Shown here piece after piece: positions 58,439-64,000 of a stretch of 64,000 bases of DNA. The translations under genes were made by a program, and so were the position numbers. A model generated the notes under the pieces. It had not been told where the DNA came from and did no database searches. It saw only the letters and a list, made by a program, of their open reading frames with translations. Within the stretch, counting starts at the first letter, position 1. Every line of letters starts with the position of its first letter. Source of the stretch: Rhynchopus sp. YZ270_cl-10 (taxonomy: Eukaryota); NCBI GenBank assembly GCA_964035575.1, contig OZ037844.1, positions 930,001-994,000 of the forward strand. The letters run 5' to 3'.

Positions 58439-60401
58439 TTACTTAAAAAAATTCCTTTGCCCTCAATCGGGCGTGGTAGGTGATACAATGGCCCAAAAAA
58501 TCTAAAGAAAATCGCAGATTGACTTTTTCTGGAAAAAAAATTTCAAGTCAAAATTTCAGCCAAAAATACGGTCATTTTCACCTGATGGGGGGAATACGTT
58601 TTTGAGGTGTCATTTGAGATTTTGGAAGAAAATTGGGGGGGAAAACGGTGTGTATCCTTGGTTTGTGTGCTACAGAAAATTAACTGAAAAATGCGTTTGA
58701 GACCCCTAGAATGGCTCAAAATGCCTCTTTTCTGGCTTTAATTGCAAAATTGGGCCTCCAAAGGCCTCCAAAAAAATTTTCGAGAGTTCAGTTCTACGAT
58801 TTTCGACCGTGAATTTATTTTTTGAGCGTGAAATACCGGAAAATAAATTCACGCCCCTCCTTCACGATTTTGTGAAGGGGCGTGAAATTCATGGTCTCAA
58901 GCGGGGATAAAACAGGCACTCCGCTAGGTACTAAAGTTCTGTTGATTGTCAACAGAACTTTTTGAAAATGGGGAAAAAAAGAAAAAAAAAAAAAGTTCTG
59001 CTAAGTGGTTCAGACCCGTTCTACCTGTCAAAAAAGCTCAGGAGAAGAAGATATGGAGAGGTGAGTGCTCAAACGTCCCAAAAAAGTCAAAATCGGGCGT
59101 TGGTAAAAAAAAAAGTTGCGTACCGTGCGCCTGCGGCGCAAGCATGTACCCCACCAACGTGGACCATCAACAGAATATTTTCAAAATCGGAAATCCTAGC
59201 GGAGAGCCTGGGATAAAAATAAATTAAATAAAAAAACCAAAAAAAAGGTGCCCCTAACCGATTCCCCGTGTTTCTACCGGTTTACCCCCCAGTAACCGCT
59301 GCCACACCAATAAGTATGGACCTATTGGGGTTTTTTTTTATTTTATGGGCCAATTTTTCTGGTACATATTTTTTCAAAACACGGTTCGTTTATCGGGTGG
59401 GACAAGAAGAGCAAAGAAACCCAAAGAAAACATGCAAGACGAATGTACCTCATTGTGCACACACATCTTACCAAACAAAAATAGGGATGGGCAACATACG
59501 TTGCCTTCTTTGTTTCTCCCTTTTTTGCATGTGTCTCGTTTTCTAGATCGGAACCTGCAGCGTCTTTTTCAGAGTGCTGACAAGCTCGACACAGGGCGTA
59601 TGATGGGTATAGCTGGAAGAAACATAAAGGAACAGATACTAAAAATATGATAAGGAAAACAAAGTGAGAAAAAGGCGCACTTCAGCACAGTGCCTGAAAG
59701 GAACTGCCTCTGCTGCATCTTGCCACTGACCCTGATGCTGCCCTATTCAAGATCGGGACTTGGAGCGTCTTTTTCTAAGTGCTGACAAGCCCGACACAGG
59801 ATGTATGATGGGTATAGCTAGAAGAAACATAAAAGAACAGACTAGTGCCCCCGCTAGGGAAAAAGCCGGCCATATATGACCAGGGGGGTCGGGTGGCACC
59901 TTTTAGCGGATCGAAAGCCGCTGAACACGCCTACCGGTTTAGCGGTTTTGGCAGTGTCTCTTTTGGCGGGGGTTGGGGGAGGGTCAATTTTCCCATCTGG
60001 GCTTTGGGGTCTTTCCTCGGCGATGGGTGGTTGGGTCGGGGAGATTCTTTCATTAAAGAGGGAGAAATACCTGTGTCGTAAGCAAAATTGGCTTTCACCA
60101 TGTCCACAAAACAAATTCCTGCCCAGCACATTAAAATCAAAGGAAAACTTTGGTTGAGTATCAGACAGGAGCTTGTCCTGCCTGCTTTGAAAAGGGTCAC
60201 ACGAAAGGGGTAATTGGCTCCCATTTAGACTGATAAAAAACTTTTGCTTTTTGCAAAAAAAAAAAAAAAAACAAAAAAAAAAGCAGGGGTACAGCATAAA
60301 AAGGTGTCAATAACGAAAGCAGTACAGTATGTGTGTCCAGAAACAGCACCAAACAACCGCACAGTGACAAAGCACTGCACGGCTGCTGGCCGGATCTGTT
60401 A

Positions 60402-60792
60402 CAGTCATCCAACAAACGTTGGTGGGGTAAAAACGTTGGTGGATTTGGGGTCTCGAAAAAATTTCGTGGGTTTTTTGGATTAGAACTGCATTTTTGAGTT
60501 TCCGTAACGTGTATGCCTATGCCCCTATGCCCCTATGCCCCTCCCCCTCCCCCACTTCCACCCACAAACCCGGTCCAGATTGAAAAAATAATACTGCAAA
60601 AGTAAAAAAAGATGCCCCCATATACAAAACCTGCCGCAGGTTTACACCGTCAATGTTGCACTTTTGGGTTTGTGGGTACATGGTAAACACAGGTTAGAAA
60701 CCACTAAGGTTGGTGGGTAAAAAGGTTGGTGGGTTTGGGGTCTCGAAAAAATTTGGTGGGTTTTTACCCCACCAACCTTTGTTGGATGACTG
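60402..60792. mobile_element. Tc1/mariner-type MITE
   Basis: TIR CAGTCATCCAACAAA; TA TSD; empty site ggatctgtTAgtaag in the paralogous block at about 11211-11225. Confidence 0.88.
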
Positions 60793-61688
60793 TAGTAAGA
60801 ATAAGTAGAGTGGAAGCAGAACGAACCTAAACTGTGGTGTGGGTGTGAGGGGTACGGGGCGAGGGGTAACAGTGCTGGGGGAGGGGGTGGGGTGGTTTGT
60901 GTGGCCCCAGAACGTTCATGATACAAGGTGGGAAGGGGAAAACAAACGATGCAAACACGACACAAAAGTACATCACGACGGGGCTGGTGCATCACAGTTG
61001 CATTTTTTAAGCAAAGAAAAGTGTCTTAAATGCTGCTGTAACGCACATCTCCCGAGTTATGTGTGTGAAGTGCATGATCTTACCTCCTGAAGATTTCGTC
61101 CAAACCTTTTTATAATATTATTATAACGGTGAAATGGGGTGAAGTGGAAACCCCAAGGAAAACTAGTCCTCGTCTGAGATGGGAGAGGGTGTTCTGAACA
61201 CATGCTCATGTTTAAGGCTCTCCTTCAAATCACGAGACAGTGCATCAGGAGGTACTCTTGAAGGGGTTTATTTCAGTTATGGAAGTACAGCAGGGGTGCC
61301 GCCACCTAACAGAGTTCTGTTGACCATCAACAGAACTTTTTGAAAACGGTGTGGGAGGCGGGGGAATTACTTCTGTCCCTTTGTTGTTGCTCATTTGTTG
61401 CGTTGAAGCATCTACACCCAACCTGAGGATCCTCAGGGACGTGAGACTGTCTAGGCTCGCGGGGTCGTACCGGATCTGCCCTGCCTTCAGCCTTGTTAAA
61501 TTCCCCACGTTCACCTGCACTAAAATGATCCCCTCGTTACTACCACCAAAAAGGCTGAAAAAGGTGAAGCACGGCAACATCAAAGCTTCTCAGGACAGTG
61601 AAAGAAAGCACGAAAAAGCGGAAAGTTGACGCAATCCCATCACCAAATAGCAGCCTGTGAATGGCGACATGTTCTGCCTGTTGCAGTG

Positions 61689-63935
61689 TCAGGAGCATGT
61701 TGATTCGGATGCGAAGCAGCGGTGTGGGCGGCTGGGGGTGCTGGTGTGGGTCACTTCGAGGACGTTGTCGTGTCTGCTGCTGCAGTACTCGTACACACCG
61801 ACTGTGGTGCTGGGCTTCATGATCTCCGCAAGAGATGCTGGCAGCGACGTGCCCATCGGCGGTGCGTACAGGAACACCTTTGCCAGGGACACAGCCTCTT
61901 CGCACAGCGCCCAGCTGCGCTGCACAGACGGCCCCATCACCGTCAGGAAGCGCTGTGTGCGTGACCCCACGTCGCCGTGTTCTGTTGGCCCACTCGCAAG
62001 ACCCGCACCCGCAAGCTTCGTCCCGCTGTTCGCACGTTCCATAAAGCGCACAGCGTTCTCAGCATGTGCCTGTGTCGCACGAACAAGGTTCCACCCAACA
62101 CACACACGGCTCCCCAGCAGCGACACCAATGTACCCCCGCTCTGGTCCAACGCAGTCATCAGGACCGACATCACATTGCTCATGTCCTGCAACGCTCCCC
62201 CACACTCATCCACACGCACAACCACCTCCACCTCCAACACACCCACAGTCGCAACAGCAGACACACGTGTTCGTGCAAGTGTCTCACACAAACTGTGCGC
62301 CACCTCACCGTCAGTCGTGTTGCGCATGGTGCTCTTCATAAACGGCAGCAGTGGCATCGTCTCAGGCTGGAGCGGGTCAAACCTCCTCTCTGCAAGCGAA
62401 GGTGGCCACACACAGCACACAAGCACAGGCTCTGCCACACCCTTCAGCTCAAGTGCCTCTGCCGCGCCTGCCACCCCCACACAGCCGCCACAGTGCTGCT
62501 CCCACAGGTCCGCAGGCACAGCAACAGCACCCGGTGTGCACGTGCTCTCGATGCGTGCTGCCACGTTCACAGTGTGGCCGAAGTAGTCAGTCCGTCCCGT
62601 CAGTGCGTTCTGCTCCGCAGCCACAGGGCCGCTGTTCACACCAATGCGCACCGTGAGCCCACCCCACAGGTTGCCACGTTCAGCACAGATCGGCACCTCC
62701 ATCAACGACGCAGGCCAGTCCGCAGCACGGAGCATCTCGTGCACTTTCAGCCCAAAGTCAACACCTTCTTGTGTGGTCTCGAAGGCAACCATGAAGGCGT
62801 CACCGATTGTCTTCACCTCGTAGCCACTAAACATCTGCATCGCAGTCCGCATCACCGAGTTGTGGATCCACAGCCCATCCCGCATCCCGTCAGGTGCGCC
62901 TTCCCAGATCGATGTGGACGAGCGGATGTCTGTGAACACCACAGTCACTTCCTCGCTGAGTGCACCAGGTGCCGACACAATGCTCTGGACAGACATCTGG
63001 TCGTCTCTGTCGAACAGTGCAGCAGGGAGGTAGGGGCGGTAACGCCGCAGGTTCAGCTCCATCGTCTCGAGTGTTGCATGCATCTCAGGGGGCAGCAGCG
63101 CCTTGCGTGCATCCAGCATGCGTGCCACACCGTCCACGTCGTACTTCGCCAACAGCGCTGTGATCTCCTGCACTGCACTGATGGTGCGCTGCATGGCCGC
63201 CTGCTCCTTCATCACTGTCGTTGCAAACCCTCGTGTGATGACAAAGTCCATCAAAAACACGGACAAGGACACGGCTAAGTTGGTTGGTGGGAAGGACACA
63301 GGGCAGGGCAGAGTGTCGCACGCCAGCAGGTCCTCGTAGTACTTGCGCCTCACCTCCTGCGTGCCAAAACCTGGAAGGTCGAGGAGCCCAAAACGGAAGC
63401 TCTCCTCGACTGCGACTATCACGAGGTACACCACTGTGAAGGCCACCAACCCGAAGGTGTACTTTGTGGGCATCTGCAACACCAGCATGAGGTCTATCGC
63501 GATCACGAGCAACGGCCATCCTGGGTTTCCTATGGTCCTCCCACCAAGGTCGTACACGTACGCGCCAAATGCCATCCCATAAATAATTGGCACAACAACC
63601 GGAACGGGCATCTGCTTCTTGAAGGATATCAAGAATACAAAAGCAGCATTCATAAGCGTGAATAGCACACCTGCCACGTAAAAGGACGGTATGTCATTCG
63701 CTGTCTCGTAGGTGGACAAGAAATTCAGCACATTCCCACCTAGGCCAACAGTCGTAGAAGCAAAAATGATTTTGCGTCCCGACTGTGCTTGTTTCCCCAG
63801 CGTCCCATCCAATGAGATCATGTTCTGAAACCAATCCATGATCGCCCTCTTCATCTTCGCCATGTGGTTGTGTTCCTCCCTAGTTGGGGTGGGGTGTATC
63901 AAAAGGGGTGGGGAAGCGTAGGACTCATCAGACAT
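61689..63935 (-). CDS. 6-TM receptor-type class III adenylate cyclase, paralogue 5
   Basis: Same architecture and catalytic motifs; intact frame. Confidence 0.93.
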   Translation of the reverse strand: MSDESYASPPLLIHPTPTREEHNHMAKMKRAIMDWFQNMISLDGTLGKQAQSGRKIIFASTTVGLGGNVLNFLSTYETANDIPSFYVAGVLFTLMNAAFVFLISFKKQMPVPVVVPIIYGMAFGAYVYDLGGRTIGNPGWPLLVIAIDLMLVLQMPTKYTFGLVAFTVVYLVIVAVEESFRFGLLDLPGFGTQEVRRKYYEDLLACDTLPCPVSFPPTNLAVSLSVFLMDFVITRGFATTVMKEQAAMQRTISAVQEITALLAKYDVDGVARMLDARKALLPPEMHATLETMELNLRRYRPYLPAALFDRDDQMSVQSIVSAPGALSEEVTVVFTDIRSSTSIWEGAPDGMRDGLWIHNSVMRTAMQMFSGYEVKTIGDAFMVAFETTQEGVDFGLKVHEMLRAADWPASLMEVPICAERGNLWGGLTVRIGVNSGPVAAEQNALTGRTDYFGHTVNVAARIESTCTPGAVAVPADLWEQHCGGCVGVAGAAEALELKGVAEPVLVCCVWPPSLAERRFDPLQPETMPLLPFMKSTMRNTTDGEVAHSLCETLARTRVSAVATVGVLEVEVVVRVDECGGALQDMSNVMSVLMTALDQSGGTLVSLLGSRVCVGWNLVRATQAHAENAVRFMERANSGTKLAGAGLASGPTEHGDVGSRTQRFLTVMGPSVQRSWALCEEAVSLAKVFLYAPPMGTSLPASLAEIMKPSTTVGVYEYCSSRHDNVLEVTHTSTPSRPHRCFASESTCS

Positions 63936-64000
63936 CTTCTTTGCTGTCTGCGACACGCATGCTCGGACACCTTCGTCGCCACTCATCAGCAACGAAGGCT

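Overview
Eukaryotic, repeat-dense region; most likely a euglenozoan such as a diplonemid (inference from intronless co-oriented genes, an upstream polypyrimidine/AG signal and the cyclase type). The host content is the 5' end of a minus-strand gene that runs off the left edge, plus a dispersed array of five minus-strand paralogues encoding 6-TM class III adenylate cyclases. Their catalytic domains are nearly identical, while their membrane domains are divergent and mosaic. The intergenic DNA is mostly nested mobile elements: a 5'-truncated Penelope-like RT with a C-terminal C2H2 finger, followed on the same strand by a hammerhead-ribozyme core with non-standard connectivity; an intact Crypton-type tyrosine recombinase with related palindrome-ended derivatives; a convergent DIRS/VIPER/TATE-like RT-RNase H unit (WVDN motif) with no gag or recombinase ORF of its own; LINE 3' fragments; many MITEs with readable TSDs; and six pure CAGTA-family microsatellites (5/7/8/9-bp units) that appear to expand inside a TGGTG...CACCA TIR family. 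All calls come from reading motifs by eye; no database searches were run.
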